Of a stretch of 64,000 nucleotides of DNA, positions 37,261 through 50,120 are shown piece after piece. This DNA is from Eledone cirrhosa (Eukaryota), in NCBI GenBank assembly GCA_964016885.1, contig OZ024760.1:6262001-6326000 (forward strand). The letters are read 5' to 3'. The translations under genes were made by a program, and so were the position numbers. Positions within the stretch are counted from its first letter, which is position 1, and each line of letters starts with the position of its first letter. Under the pieces are notes generated by a model. It saw only the letters and a list, made by a program, of their open reading frames with translations. It made no database searches and was not told where the DNA came from.

Positions 37261-38595
37261 TGTGTGGTTAGGGCGTGGCATGGTGTGTGTGTGTGGCGTG
37301 GTGTGGTGTGTGTGTGTGTGTGGTGTGTGGTATGGCGTGGCGTGGTGTCTGTTCATTGTGGTGTATATGTGGTATAGTGTAGTGTAGTGTGGTGTAGTGT
37401 AGTGTAATGTGGTGTGGGTGTGTGGTATAGCGTGGTGTGGTGTGGTGTGTGGTATGGCGTGGTGTGGTGTGGGTGTGTGGTATGGCGTGGCGTGGTGTGG
37501 TGTGTGTGTGTGGTGTGGCATGGTGTGGTGTGTGGTATGGCGTGGCGTGCTGTCTGTTCATTGTGGTGTATATGTGGTATAGTGTAGTGTAGTGTTTGGT
37601 GTGGTGTTGTGTAGCGTAATGTGATGTGATGTGTGGTGTGTATGTAGTGTAGTGGTGTTTGGTGTGTGTGTGTATGTAGTGTGCGCAGTATGTGTGTTTA
37701 GTCTATGTGCAGTGTGTATGCGTATGAGGTGTGTTGTGGCATTATACGTATGTATAGTATGTGTGTGATGTGTGTGTGTATATCGTTAGTTTCAGTTATT
37801 CTTTATCTTCCTGTGATGGTGATGATGGTGGTGATGATGATGGTGGTGGTGGTGGTGGTGGTGGTGGTGGCAGCAGCTACTGCTGTTGTTGTTGTTATTG
37901 TTGAATGAGTGAAATGGTTTGTCTACTCAAAGCACATGTGCAGTTTTAACCACTTTCTTACCATGTTTCTCGTAAAATACACTAACAAAACCCACAGCCA
38001 TGTCTACACTGACATTGAATATAGTTTCTTTATAAATGGTAGAATAAACTTCGGATTCTTTATTTTAAATTTAACCAAACTAATTTCCAATATTTTATTT
38101 CCTAACGAAAATTTATTCAAGTTGACATTTAGCAAAGTAAGTATAAAAAATGTATTCTCTTTGCGAAAAGGTTCTTAGTTTTATCATCATTGTCACCAAC
38201 ATCATTTTATTTTATTTTATTTCATTAAATCTTTTTTTGATACTGCCGAAACATAGAACATATTAATTTCAATATTATCAACATAACGAACACAACAATT
38301 TTAGAATTTTCATTTTAAATTTAATTAAACATATTTCAACGTTTATATTTTCTGAACAATAAATTTATTGTAAGTTGTCATTCAAAGTAAAAATGATATG
38401 AAAAACAATTGAAAATATATTTTGTAAAACTTCAGTTTTGTTTGTATGTACAAGTGGAGAGAAACTGAACAGAATACATGTATAGTGTGATGTATAGTTT
38501 ATTTTACATTAGAAACACCTTGGTGGAGCTTTATACATTGGTGTTTCATGAGCTGGAGACAACATAAGACTCTTAGAGAAATATACAAAGATCAG

Positions 38596-38935
38596 GCACA
38601 TGGCTTAGTGGTTAGAGCATTGGCCTTGCAATCGAAAGGTTGTGGGTTCAATTCTCAGACCGGGTGATGTGTTGTTTCCTTGAGCAAGACACTTTATTTC
38701 ACATTGCTCCAGTTTACTCAGCTGTAGAAATGAGATGATAGGGATTGTGGTCCCTATCATTCCACTGCAAAGTGGTCGTGGAGGTGCCACGGCAAAAAAG
38801 CACCCAGCACTCACTGTAAATGAGGTTGGTGTTAGGAAGGGCATCCAGCTGTAGAAATCAAGCCAGAATCAGTTCCCGTCCCACCCTTGCAAGCAGGGAA
38901 AAGCGGACGTAAAATGAAATGAAATGAAATGATGA
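38596..38935 (+). mobile_element. SINE family A, full-length reference copy
   Basis: A-box TGGCTTAGTGG, B-box GGTTCAATTC, CORE-like TTCCTTGAGCAAGACACTT, and a 3' 43 nt nearly identical to the RTE end at 6205-6247. Confidence 0.9.
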
Positions 38936-39165
38936 TCTCCCTTGTATTTCTGATATTGTGTAAATGAGGAGGCTGAGATTTGCAAGCCATTGCCATCATG
39001 TTTCAAATGAAGCTATGAGTCTCTCCTTTAGTACTTTAGACCACAAAATCTATCATAAGCTCCAGAGATGTCATAGGCTCTTCTATCCAGATGGTCTTCT
39101 TCGTATTTCTGATATTGTACAAAAGAGGAGGCTGAGATTTGCAAGCCATTGTTATCGTGTCTCAG
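38936..39165 (+). mobile_element. Degenerate RTE-like LINE fragments (duplicated motif)
   Basis: ISDIV.KRRLRFASHC occurs twice. Confidence 0.55.
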
Positions 39166-39790
39166 TTAACCCTTTAGCATCTACATTACTCTATATATAC
39201 TATTGTATTTTCGCAGTAAAGTCTTTATCTTACATAATATCTCACATAATATCGAATCTATGAGATTTTGATGTTATTTATTTTGAGAGCAATACCTTAA
39301 CATCAATATGAGTGGCCAGTTACAGCTGGTTTGAACTGAAAAAGATGAGAGAATTCTGGAATCAATATGATAAAGTACCAGGCATACACAGAGTTGATTT
39401 AAAATCAACTTTGCCATTTTCCCTAAATTTTCTTTCCTTGTCTCTAAATTAGGAATCAAAATTATGATAAAGTAGAAACCAATATTATGATAAAGTACCA
39501 GTCATACACTGGGGTTGATTTAACCCTTTAGCATTTACATTACTCTATATATACTATTGTATTTTTGTGGTAAAGGCTTTATCTTACATAATATCGAATT
39601 TGAGATTTTGGTGTTATTTATTTTGAGAACAATACTTTAACATAAGTATGAGCAGCCAGTTATGGCCAGTTTAAACAAAAAGAGGTGAGAGAATTCTGAC
39701 CAGATAAGGCTGGTTTAAATGCTAAATGGTTAAAATCAACTTTGCCGTTTTCCCTAAATTTTCTGTCCTTGTGCCTAAATTAGGAATCAA
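39166..39790. mobile_element. MITE C copies nested with SINE B tails
   Basis: TTAACCCTTTAGCAT at 39166 and 39520, end AATGCTAAATGGTTAA at about 39733, interrupting a SINE B-like tail. Confidence 0.75.
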
Positions 39791-40148
39791 GATTTCACCT
39801 GAAACATTCATTATTTTTGACATATTTTCCTTTATTGTTCCACCTCTCCATAATTTCCATATTTTATTTGTATTTTTACATTTTTATAATATTTTTTCAA
39901 AAATACATAAATATACAATACCTAAATATACAACAAATATATATATATATATATACACAAAAAATATCTATATACAATAAATATGTATATTTACAATAAA
40001 TATATAAATATTTATATATATATAGTGTATTTATATATTTATAGTATATATATATTCTTTTTTTTATTGTGTATTTATATATTTATTGTAAATATACATA
40101 TTTATTGTATATAGATATTTTTTGTGTATATATATATATATACACAAA

Positions 40149-40182
<34 letters not shown>

Positions 40183-40484
40183 CAATAAATACATAGATAC
40201 ACAATATATATATATATAAGAAATATATATAAATATACAACAAATATGTTAAAAGTCGCTCCTACTTATTTTTGTTGATTTACTTTGGAAGATGTCAAAA
40301 TTTACAAATTTATTCATTATTTTTAATATTTTTATTTTCTCCGTGCCTTTATTTTATTTTATCTAATTTTATTTATTTTGTGTAATTTTATTTATTTTGT
40401 GTAATTTTATTTATTCATTTATTTATTTTTTTACAAAAAAATAAAATCTTTCAATAAAATTTCATTCTCTTCACAAATGTAAAC

Positions 40485-40536
<52 letters not shown>

Positions 40537-40632
40537 TTTAAGTTTGGTTAAAAATGAGGAATGGAAATTTTTGAGTTGTATAATGAATTTGAATTATTGT
40601 ACGAAGAGTTCCACTTTGTTATGTGTATGTGT

Positions 40633-40669
<37 letters not shown>

Positions 40670-40862
40670 AATATGTATATGTGTGTGTGTGTAAATGTGT
40701 ATGTGTGATGATGGTGGTGGAGGCGGCGGCGGTGGTGGTGTTGGTGTTGGTGGTGGTGGTTTGGGGAGAGATGTTTCTAGATTTTTCTACTATTTTGTTA
40801 AATGTCACCTCAATAAATCCTCCATTTTTTTCATTCATAAATATAAACCAATGAAAATTGAC

Positions 40863-40926
<64 letters not shown>

Positions 40927-40971
40927 TTCCTTATCATCATCCACTTCATCATCCCCATCATCTTCATTCTT

Positions 40972-41628
40972 ATCATCATTAGTAAATATAGAGTAATGTA
41001 AATGCTAAAGAGTTAAACCAGCTATAACCAGCCACTCATACTGATGTTAAGGTATTGTTCTTGAAATAAATAATATCAAAATCTCATCATCATTAGTAAA
41101 TATAGAGTAATGTAAATGCTACAGAGTTAAACCAGCTATAACCAGCCACTCATACTGATGTTAAGGCATTGTTCTTGAAATAAATAATATCAAAATCTCA
41201 TCATCATTAGTAAATATAGAGTAATGTAAATGCTAAAGAGTTAAACCAGCTATAACCAGCCACTCATACTGATGTTAAGGTATTGTTCTTGAAATAAATA
41301 ATATCAAAATCTCATCATCATTAGTAAATATAGAGTAATGTAAATGCTAAAGAGTTAAACCAGCTATAACGAGCCACTCATACTGATGTTAAGGTATTGT
41401 TCTTGAAATAAATATCAAATTCTCATCATCATTAGTAAATATAGAGTAATGTAAATGCTACAGAGTTAAACCAGCTATAACCAGCCACTCATACTGATGT
41501 TAAGGTATTGTTCTTGAAATAAATAATATCAATATTATGTGAGATAACTATGTGAGGTAAAGCCTTTACTATAAAAAAACCCTAGTAAATATAGAGTATA
41601 TAGAGTAATGTAAATGTTAAAGGGTTAA
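40972..41628. repeat. 114-bp tandem repeat (about 5 copies) built from MITE C sequence
   Basis: AGTAAATATAGAG at 40981, 41095, 41209, 41323 and 41434, ending in the MITE terminus TAAAGGGTTAA. Confidence 0.88.
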
Positions 41629-42414
41629 AGGGACTCACCAGCCACACAGACTGAAATATTGTAGGTCCAGGGAGTACTGGGTGGGTTCAAAGGGTTAACA
41701 ATACTATTGGAAATTGATCTATGAGGTTGTCAAGAAGATTTTCTAATTTGGAAAATTTAATGAAATACAACATCCATGTTAAAAATCTAAAGATCTTGGA
41801 CTGAGAACCTAATAAATTCCTGCAATGGAATGACATAACCATTCCTTACCTGGAAATTGTAGTGGAGGTGGTGGTAGTGGTGGTTGTGGTGGAGGTGGTG
41901 GTAGTGGCGGTTGCGGTGGAGGTGGTGGTGTTGATGATGGTGATGGTAGCAGGGGTGGTAGTGTTGATAATGATAGTGGTGGAGGTGGTGGTGGCGCTGG
42001 TAGCAGAGGTGGTAGTGTTGATGGTAGTGGTGGTAGTAGTGGAGGTGGTGGTAGTGGTGGTTGTGGTGGAGGTGGTTGTGGTGGTAGTGGCGGTTGCGGT
42101 GGAGGTGGTGGTAGTGGCGGTTGCGGTGGAGGTGGTGGTGTTGATGATGGTGATGGTAGCGGGGGTGGTAGTGTTGATAATAATAGTGGTGGAGGTGGTG
42201 GTGGCGCTGGTAGCAGAGGTGGTAGTGTTGATGGTGGTGGTGGTGGTGGTGGTGGTGGTGGAGGTGGCAGTGGTTGGGGGTGGTATTGATCTAATTAATC
42301 AGAGTCAGCGATCATAAAACTTTACAGCACAGAGTGTATGTGTCACAAATTGGTATTACACAGGGTGGTTGTGGTGTGTGTGTATATATATATATATAGA
42401 GAGAGAGAGAAATA

Positions 42415-42430
42415 TATGTGTGAGTGTGTT

Positions 42431-42502
<72 letters not shown>

Positions 42503-42566
42503 AGTGTGTTTATGCATATATGTATATATATATATGTGTGTGTGTGTGTGTGAGTGTGTTTATGCA

Positions 42567-42628
<62 letters not shown>

Positions 42629-42642
42629 AGTGTGTTTATGCA

Positions 42643-42686
<44 letters not shown>

Positions 42687-42706
42687 AGTGTGTTTATGCA
42701 TATATG

Positions 42707-42742
<36 letters not shown>

Positions 42743-42758
42743 AGTGTGTTTATGCATA

Positions 42759-42828
<70 letters not shown>

Positions 42829-42842
42829 AGTGTGTTTATGCA

Positions 42843-42888
<46 letters not shown>

Positions 42889-42935
42889 AGTGTGTTTATG
42901 TATATATGTATATATATATATGTGTGTGTGTGTGT
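42415..42935. repeat. Compound repeat GAGTGTGTTTATGCATATATG-(TA)n-(TG)n
   Basis: About 8 units with variable tracts. An analogous TAGGTTTGTG-(TA)n-(TG)n array lies at 51905-52380. Confidence 0.88.
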
Positions 42936-43109
42936 ATTAATGCATGTGTGTATGACAAATTGGTTTTACACAGTTGAAAGAGAAGAAGAAGAGGGGGAGG
43001 GTGTGTAGGAGTGGGGTACAACAGAATTTAATGCCAAACACCAAACCAAGATTAATAGGGAATCTTTATAAGAAATGTACTGTAGCCATACAACTGTTTA
43101 GATGTGTCC

Positions 43110-44960
43110 TGCAGCTGCTTAGACTAACTATTATAATCACTACAGAGTCCCTGTGTGGTCGTTTGACCTGCTAGAAGTAGCAGTCGAATCTATCCTACAG
43201 CTGCTTAGACTAACTATTATAACCACTACAGAGTCCCTGTGTGGTCGTTTGACCTGCTAGAAGTAGCAGTCAAATCTATGCTACAGTTGCTTAGACTAAC
43301 TATTATAATCACTACAGAGTCCCTGTGTGGTCGTTTGACCTGCTAGAAGTAGCAGTCGAATCTATCCTACAGCTGCTTAGACTAACTATTATAATCACTA
43401 CAGAGTCCCTGTGTGGTCGTTTGACCTGCTAGAAGTAGCAGTCAAATCTATCCTACAGCTGCTTAGACTAACTATTATAATCACTACAGAGTCCCTGTGT
43501 GGTCGTTTGACCTGCTAGAAGTAGCAGTCAAATCTATGCTACAGCTGCTTAGACTAACTATTATAATCACTACAGAGTCCCTGTGTGGTCGTTTGACCTG
43601 CTAGAAGTAGCAGTCAAATCTATGCTACAGCTGCTTAGACTAACTATTATAATCACTACAGAGTCCCTGTGTGGTCGTTTGACCTGCTAGAAGTAGCAGT
43701 CAAATCTATGCTACAGCTGCTTAGACTAACTATTATAATCACTACAGAGTCCCTGTGTGGTTGTTTGACCTGCTAGAAGTAGCAGTCAAATCTATGCTAC
43801 AGCTGCTTAGACTAACTATTATAATCACTACAGAGTCCCTGTGTGGTCGTTTGACCTGCTAGAAGTAGCAGTCAAATCTATGCTACAGCTGCTTAGACTA
43901 ACTATTATAATCACTACAGAGTCCCTGTGTGGTCGTTTGACCTGCTAGAAGTAGCAGTCAAATCTATGCTACAGCTGCTTAGACTAACTATTATAATCAC
44001 TACAGAGTCCCTGTGTGGTTGTTTGACCTGCTAGAAGTAGCAGTCAAATCTATCCTACAGCTGCTTAGACTAACTATTATAATCACTACAGAGTCCCTGT
44101 GTGGTTGTTTGACCTGCTAGAAGTAGCAGTCAAATCTATGCTACAGCTGCTTAGACTAACTATTATAATCACTACAGAGTCCCTGTGTGGTCGTTTGACC
44201 TGCTAGAAGTAGCAGTCAAATCTATGCTACAGCTGCTTAGACTAACTATTATAATCACTACAGAGTCCCTGTGTGGTCGTTTGACCTGCTAGAAGTAGCA
44301 GTCGAATCTATCCTACAGTTGCTTTGGCTACTCATTATAATCACTACAGAGTCCCTGTGTGGTCGTTTGACCTGCTAGAAGTAGCAGTCGAATCTATCCT
44401 GCAGCTGCTTAGACTAACTATTATAATCACTACAGAGTCCCTGTGTGGTTGTTTGACCTGCTAGAAGTAGCAGTCAAATCTATGCTACAGCTGCTTAGAC
44501 TAACTATTATAATCACTACAGAGTCCCTGTGTGGTTGTTTGACCTGCTAGAAGTAGTAGTCAAATCTATCCTACAGTTGCTTTGGCTACTCATTATAATC
44601 ACTACAGAGTCCCTGTGTGGTCGTTTGACCTGCTAGAAGTAGTAGTCAAATCTATCCTACAGTTGCTTTGGCTACTCATTATAATCACTACAGAGTGGAT
44701 TGGCAGTATTGGTAGAGAGTTGGACACCAAGCTTTGCAGCATAGAGTTACAGCCCTTTATCATCTGAGTTCAAATCCCACCGAGGTAAACTTTGCCTTTC
44801 ATCCTTACGGGGTCGATAAAATAAAGTACCAGTAATGCACTGGGTAATTGCTGGCCTTGTGCCAAGAGTAGAAACAATTATAATCACTACAGACTCCCTG
44901 TGTGGTCGTTTGACCTGCTAGAAGTAGCAGTCAAATCTATGCTACAGCTGCTTAGACTAA
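43110..44960. repeat. 86-bp satellite, about 19 copies, interrupted by a SINE B
   Basis: TACAGAGTCC at 43141, 43227, 43313 and onward. The unit contains the hairpin CTGCTA-GAAG-TAGCAG. Confidence 0.95.
44695..44880 (+). mobile_element. SINE family B with 17-bp TSD
   Basis: ATTATAATCACTACAGA at 44678-44694 and 44877-44893. Confidence 0.9.
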
Positions 44961-45399
44961 TCATTCTTGGTAGTGAATTGACAGCATTGGTAGAGGGCCG
45001 GACACCATGCTTTCCAGCATAGTTACCTCGCTTTACGATCTGAGTCCCCCGTGTAGTCGCTTGAGCTGCTAGAAGTAGCAACCAAATATATCCTGTGGGA
45101 ATGATCAACAAGGTCCCAGATCTCATTCACTCATTGAGTGAGGTGGAACTCATCAAATCAGATGAAGGATACAATGTTTCCATTGGTTTTTCCAATTGCT
45201 GATACTATCTACTGGTTGCAACTCCTGGCAGAAGGAGCAACACGATATAAAGTGTCTTGCTCAAGGACATAATGCATCACCCAGTCCAGGAATCGAACTC
45301 ACAACCTTGCAATTGTGAATCCAGTTCCCAAACCACTAAGCCACGCACATTTAGATGTGTATACCAACCACTGTAACCACTAAAGGCCTGAATTAGGGA

Positions 45400-46062
45400 A
45401 TCAGTAATGCAGCAACTTCAGTGTTCAGTAACCAGAAGAAGGGAGGTAAGCGTAAAAGCCAAACTTGGTCTCTTCAATTCAGTATTCGTGCCAACCCTTA
45501 CCTTTGATCATGAATCTTGGATTATTATCCAAGATTCATGAAGAATACGATCACAAATACAAGTAGCCAAAATGGGATTCCTCCAAAAGGTCTTTGGACT
45601 AATGACACTCGATAATGTGTGTAGCTTGGAGATCAGAGTCACTCCAGTTAGAGCCGCTATTTCTCCAAATTGAGAGATCACAGCTCCGATACTATGGACA
45701 TGTGGTTAGAATGTCGCAGGAAAGAATTGCTGGAGAGATTTGTAGCTTGGAGATCAGAGTCACTCCAGTTAGAGCCCCTACTTCTCCAAATTGAGAGATC
45801 ACAGCTCCGATACTATGGACATGTGGTTAGAATGTCTCAGGAAAGAATTGCTGGACAGATTATACGGGCAAAACCAACTCGCAGGAGACCCAGGGGGTAG
45901 ACCCCGAGCAAGATGGTTGGATAACATTCATGAGTTTGGCTGGTTAAGCTTGGGGATCCAGCTGGATCAGTTGGAGATGGTTGCTTCTGACAAGACAGAC
46001 CCGCTGGAAGGAGTGTTTGAGGACTCTTCCCCCACGACCCTCTCAGGAATAAGTGAGCGAAG
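45400..46062 (+). mobile_element. RTE-clade LINE 3' fragment with 121-bp internal duplication
   Basis: IERSQLRYYGHVVRM...RPRGRPRARWLDNI with frameshifts. The duplicate is offset by 121 (45670 and 45791). Confidence 0.8.
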
Positions 46063-46639
46063 AAGTTGTGGTGGTGGTGTTGTATTAGTTATGGTGGTGT
46101 TGTAGTTGTGGTAGTAGTGGTGGTAGTAGTAGTGGTTGTGGTGGTGGTAGTAGTAGTGGTTGTGGTGGTAGTAGTAGTAGTGGTTGTTGTGGTAGTAGTA
46201 GTTGTGGTAGTAGTGGTGGTAGTAGTAGCTGTGGTAGTAGTAGTAGTAGTAGTGGTAGTAGTAGTAGTTGTGGTTGTAGTGGTGGTAGTAGTAGTGTGGT
46301 AGTAGTAGTAGTGGTAGTAGTAGTAGTAGTAGTGGTAGTAATGTAGACATTGAAATCTATCTCTCAATAGATGATTCGTCTTTTCATCGCCAATTTCCCT
46401 GTTAACAATTCTTTCTAGTGCTATTGTATTCTCTGTTAGAAAGCTCAGTGACAATTTTACAGTCTATATATTATTCATGCCTGGTTGGAATTGGTAAATA
46501 TATTATTCAAGACATGCCAATTACAATTTGGTCATGGAGCCAACCGAAGTGTCACCATAGTGTTGTTTTGATTTCATAGGAAACAGCAACTAAATTCTCT
46601 CTCAGATTTCACTCTACCTTCTTAAAAATACAAGTACGC

Positions 46640-46890
46640 ATTCTTCTGTTTCTTCACACTAAGGCCACCCTTCTATAGCCTGACACATACCCTGCCCTTT
46701 CTTCTCACTAAAGTCACCTTCCAATAGCCTGACGGATACACTGCTCTTTCTTCTCACTAAGGCCACCCTTCTAATGCCTGACACATATTCTACCATTTCT
46801 TCTCACTAAGGCCACCCTCCTATGGCATGACACATACACTGTCCTTTCTTCTCACTCAGGCCACCTTCCTATGGCCTAACACATATTCTG
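46640..46890. repeat. Degenerate ~55-bp tandem repeat (about 5 copies)
   Basis: TTCTTCTCACTAAGGCCACC recurs. Confidence 0.75.
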
Positions 46891-47075
46891 CCCGTCCACC
46901 CACTCCACAACTTACACTGTCAAATTTGATCCTGAATTCCCCCTCCCCTGTGCCCAACCATGACAGCATGGAAAGTTGTGTACCCCACCACCCCACAGTG
47001 TTGAGAGATGTCACTTGCTTACCCTAATGCCACCTACCACTCCAATCCCTCTCTCGAGTAAATTAGTTAAGTTAA

Positions 47076-47183
47076 CCTTCAGCATGCTCTAGGTGCCTTA
47101 TGTCGCCAATAGAGTAACCAACCCTTAATACATAATACAGTGTAATGGGAAGCAATTCATAATAAAATTCAGCATGCTAAAGG
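47076..47183. mobile_element. ~108-bp piggyBac-type MITE (family D)
   Basis: TTAA-CCTTCAGCATGCT...AGCATGCTAAAGG-TTAA. Confidence 0.75.
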
Positions 47184-47714
47184 TTAAATTCTGTTCTAAG
47201 CCGAAGGTTCATCACTGCTTATTCCCAGTTTCCTTGGCATTAAGCGATTGAGAGTAGGGAACACTCCCAGGATAGGATGCCAGTCTATCGCAGGTTTAAC
47301 TTCCCAGCTACGGCTGGTATTCATTCTCAGCTGAATACACTGGAACAACATGAGGTAAAATGTTTTGCTCAAGAACCATTAGGCAGCCCAAACCCTGCTC
47401 TTGTCCTCTCTGCCACTCCCTACCACTGTCCTCCTAGCTCAGTTTAGGATGCAAGCATATTAATAGTGAAATGTGGCAGTAAAAGGGTACTACAATAAAA
47501 TAATCTCATTGCTCAACCCACACTGGAAGGCAGAGGTGTTGGTGGCACCATGATAACAACCCCCCAGCCCATACTGTAAATTAGTAGTGCTGGGGTAATG
47601 AAAGAAGCACCCAGTCCACTCTGTGGTAGTGCTGGTACAAGAAAATAAAGCTGGTATACACCATCAAGTGGTCAGTATTAGGAAGGGCATCCAACCATAT
47701 ATATATATATATAT

Positions 47715-47885
47715 CTAGGGAGGGTAAAATTCCCGAGATCCATGGACGAGTTCTCTCCAGCGGTCTCTGTCCCTCATTATCGCTGCCATGTCCTGCGTCT
47801 CCAACAGACCAGTGTCTGTCCTTAGGGCATCAACATACGTTAACTTCGGTCTTCCTCTTCCAGTGTATCCATGCAGGGGCTCCCA
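47715..47885 (-). mobile_element. RTE-like LINE 3' end (different family)
   Basis: WEPLHG..GRGRPKLTYVDALRTDTGL...MRDRDRWR*, ending in (TA)n. Confidence 0.75.
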
Positions 47886-47919
47886 CATATATACACACAC
47901 ATACATGTATATATGCACA

Positions 47920-47975
<56 letters not shown>

Positions 47976-48126
47976 GGAGGTGAGTTTTATTGTAGTACAA
48001 TAAAGCAATGCAGATATCGGATAAGAAGCACTCTACAGTTTGTAGGACTGGAGTATACATAATATATATGTTGATTTAAAACTGCACTATCCACAAGTGT
48101 TTTTTAACCTTCATATCATGTCTTCC

Positions 48127-48197
48127 TATTTTATCTGATGAAAACACAAATGTTATTGCATGATGATATTTGTTTTTGAAATGCACATAATAAAATA
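48127..48197 (+). ncRNA. Type I hammerhead motif (family H1, second copy)
   Basis: TATTTTAT-CTGATGA(48135-48141)-stem II-GAAA-TGCACA-TA-ATAAAATA. Confidence 0.75.
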
Positions 48198-48227
48198 CAT
48201 GGAACTCTTTTAACCATCTTTTGATCT

Positions 48228-48271
<44 letters not shown>

Positions 48272-48277
<6 letters not shown>

Positions 48278-48604
48278 TATGAAGAGAGAAGAAACATTTA
48301 GATATAATTAGTAATAAAATGTATCATACCTAAACTGCTCCTAGATTCCTCGACTACGTAGTTTCGAGGCATAAACAAAAACAATACATCATAAAGATAT
48401 AGAGTCCCTGCGAGGTCTGCCGACTTATCAAGAGGATACCTCATTTTACTAGTCTCAAGAACGCGTCTACACGACGTGAGAAAGAATCCCAAAAGGCGGA
48501 GGGGGAGATAGTCACGCGATATAACGGTCGAGAAACAGAGCTAAACCTCTTATAACCCCGAAGAAAATACCACTGAGGCGGAGGGGGTATTTATATCGAA
48601 GCCG

Positions 48605-48608
<4 letters not shown>
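48272..48608 (-). mobile_element. Dispersed partial copy of the 591-bp hammerhead element (family H4)
   Basis: Matches 53395-53730, is flanked by (TA)n, and has the hammerhead motif at 48347-48436. Confidence 0.85.
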
Positions 48609-48636
<28 letters not shown>

Positions 48637-48799
48637 CTGCTGAAACAGCCAGATCTTAGCTGTCAGATAGAAATTCACTATAACTACTACATTCTACCTG
48701 TTTAATGTTCTTAATGAAGGTTGACAGAACAGTAACCATATATATTATATGTAAAATTCAATGCTGGAAACAAAACACTTTAACAATTCTGCCAAACCA

Positions 48800-49680
48800 A
48801 CGCCATAAAGCACCCAGTCTACATTATGAAGTTATCATATAGGTGTTACGACAAAAAACATCCTGCCCACATTATAAAGTAGTTGTGTAGATGTCACAAC
48901 AAAAAGCACCCAGTTCACACTGTAAAGTGGTTGTGTAGGTACAATAAAAAGCACCCTGCCCACACTGTAAAGTAGTCATGTAGGTGTCACAACAAAAAGC
49001 ACCCAGTACACACTGTAAAGTGGTTGTGTAGGTGTCACGACAAAAAGCACCCAGTACACACAGTAAAGTGGTTATGTAGGTGTCACAACAAAAAGCACCA
49101 ACTTCACACTGTAGAGTAGTCATGTAGGTGTCACGACAAAAAGCACCCAGCCCACACTGTAAAGTGGTTATGTAGGTGTCACAACAAAAAGCACCCAGCA
49201 CACACTGTAAAGTGGTCATGTAGGTGTCACGACAAAAAGCACCCAGCCCACACTGTAAAGTGGTTATGTAGGTGTCACAACAAAAAGCACCCAGCACACA
49301 CTGTAAAGTGGTTATGTAGGTGTCACAACAAAAAGCACCCAGCCCACACTGTAAAGTGGTTATGTAGGTGTCACAACAAAAAGCACCCAGCACACACTGT
49401 AAAGTGGTCATGTAGGTGTCACGACAAAAAGCACCCAGGCCACACTGTAAAATGGTTATGTAGGTGTCACAACAAAAAGCACCCAGGCCACACTGTAAAG
49501 TGGTCATGTAGGTGTCACAACAAAAAGCACCCAGCCCACACTGTAAAGTGGTCATGTAGGTGTCACGAGAAAAGTACTCAGCACACTCTGTAAATGTGAT
49601 TGACATTAGGAAGGGCATCCAGCCATAGAAACCAAACTCATGCTAGCGTGGAAAAATGGACGTTAAACAATGGTTAGGAT
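48800..49680 (+). repeat. 48-bp array (about 15 copies) inside a SINE A2 element
   Basis: CACACTGTAAAGTGGT(C/T)ATGTAGGTGTCAC(A/G)ACAAAAAGCACCCAG.. runs into TAGGAAGGGCATCCAGCC and the A2 tail. Confidence 0.9.
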
Positions 49681-49705
49681 GATAATAATGTAACTAAAAG
49701 GACCA

Positions 49706-50120
49706 TTAACCCTTTAACATTTACATTATTCTATATTTACTGGATTGGGAGTATCGGTAGAGGGTCGGACGCCATGCTTTCCAGCATAGTTACGTCCCTT
49801 TATGATCTGAGTTCAAATCCCGCCGAGGTTGACTTTGCCTTTCATCCTTACGGGGTCGATAAAATAAAGTACCAGTAATGCACTGGGTGATTGCTGGCCT
49901 TGTGCCTAAAGTAGAAACAATTATTCTATATTTACTATTATATTTTCACAGTAAAGGCTTTACCTCACATAATATTTCGCATAATATCGAATCTATGAGA
50001 TTTTTATATTGTATATTTTGAGAGCAATACCTTAACATCAATATGAGTGGCTGGTTACAGCCGGTTTGAACAGAAAAAAGTGAGAGAATTCTGGCCAGAT
50101 GTGGTTGGTTTAAATGGTAA
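49706..50120. mobile_element. MITE C with a nested SINE B (49742-49920)
   Basis: 17-bp TSD ATTATTCTATATTTACT at 49725-49741 and 49920-49936. Confidence 0.88.

Noticed and set aside
32539-37561. ORFs up to 1133 aa rich in Cys/Val/Trp or His/Thr
   Set aside because: These are (GT)n-based satellites open in several frames at once, with frame-shifting unit lengths.
38596-38665. tRNA gene
   Set aside because: It has A/B boxes but poor cloverleaf pairing, and in every copy it runs into the SINE body, so it is a SINE head.
42415-44960. CRISPR-like repeat/spacer appearance of compound arrays (also 18780-19121 and 51905-52380)
   Set aside because: The spacers are microsatellites or identical sequence rather than unique, there are no cas genes, and the context is eukaryotic.
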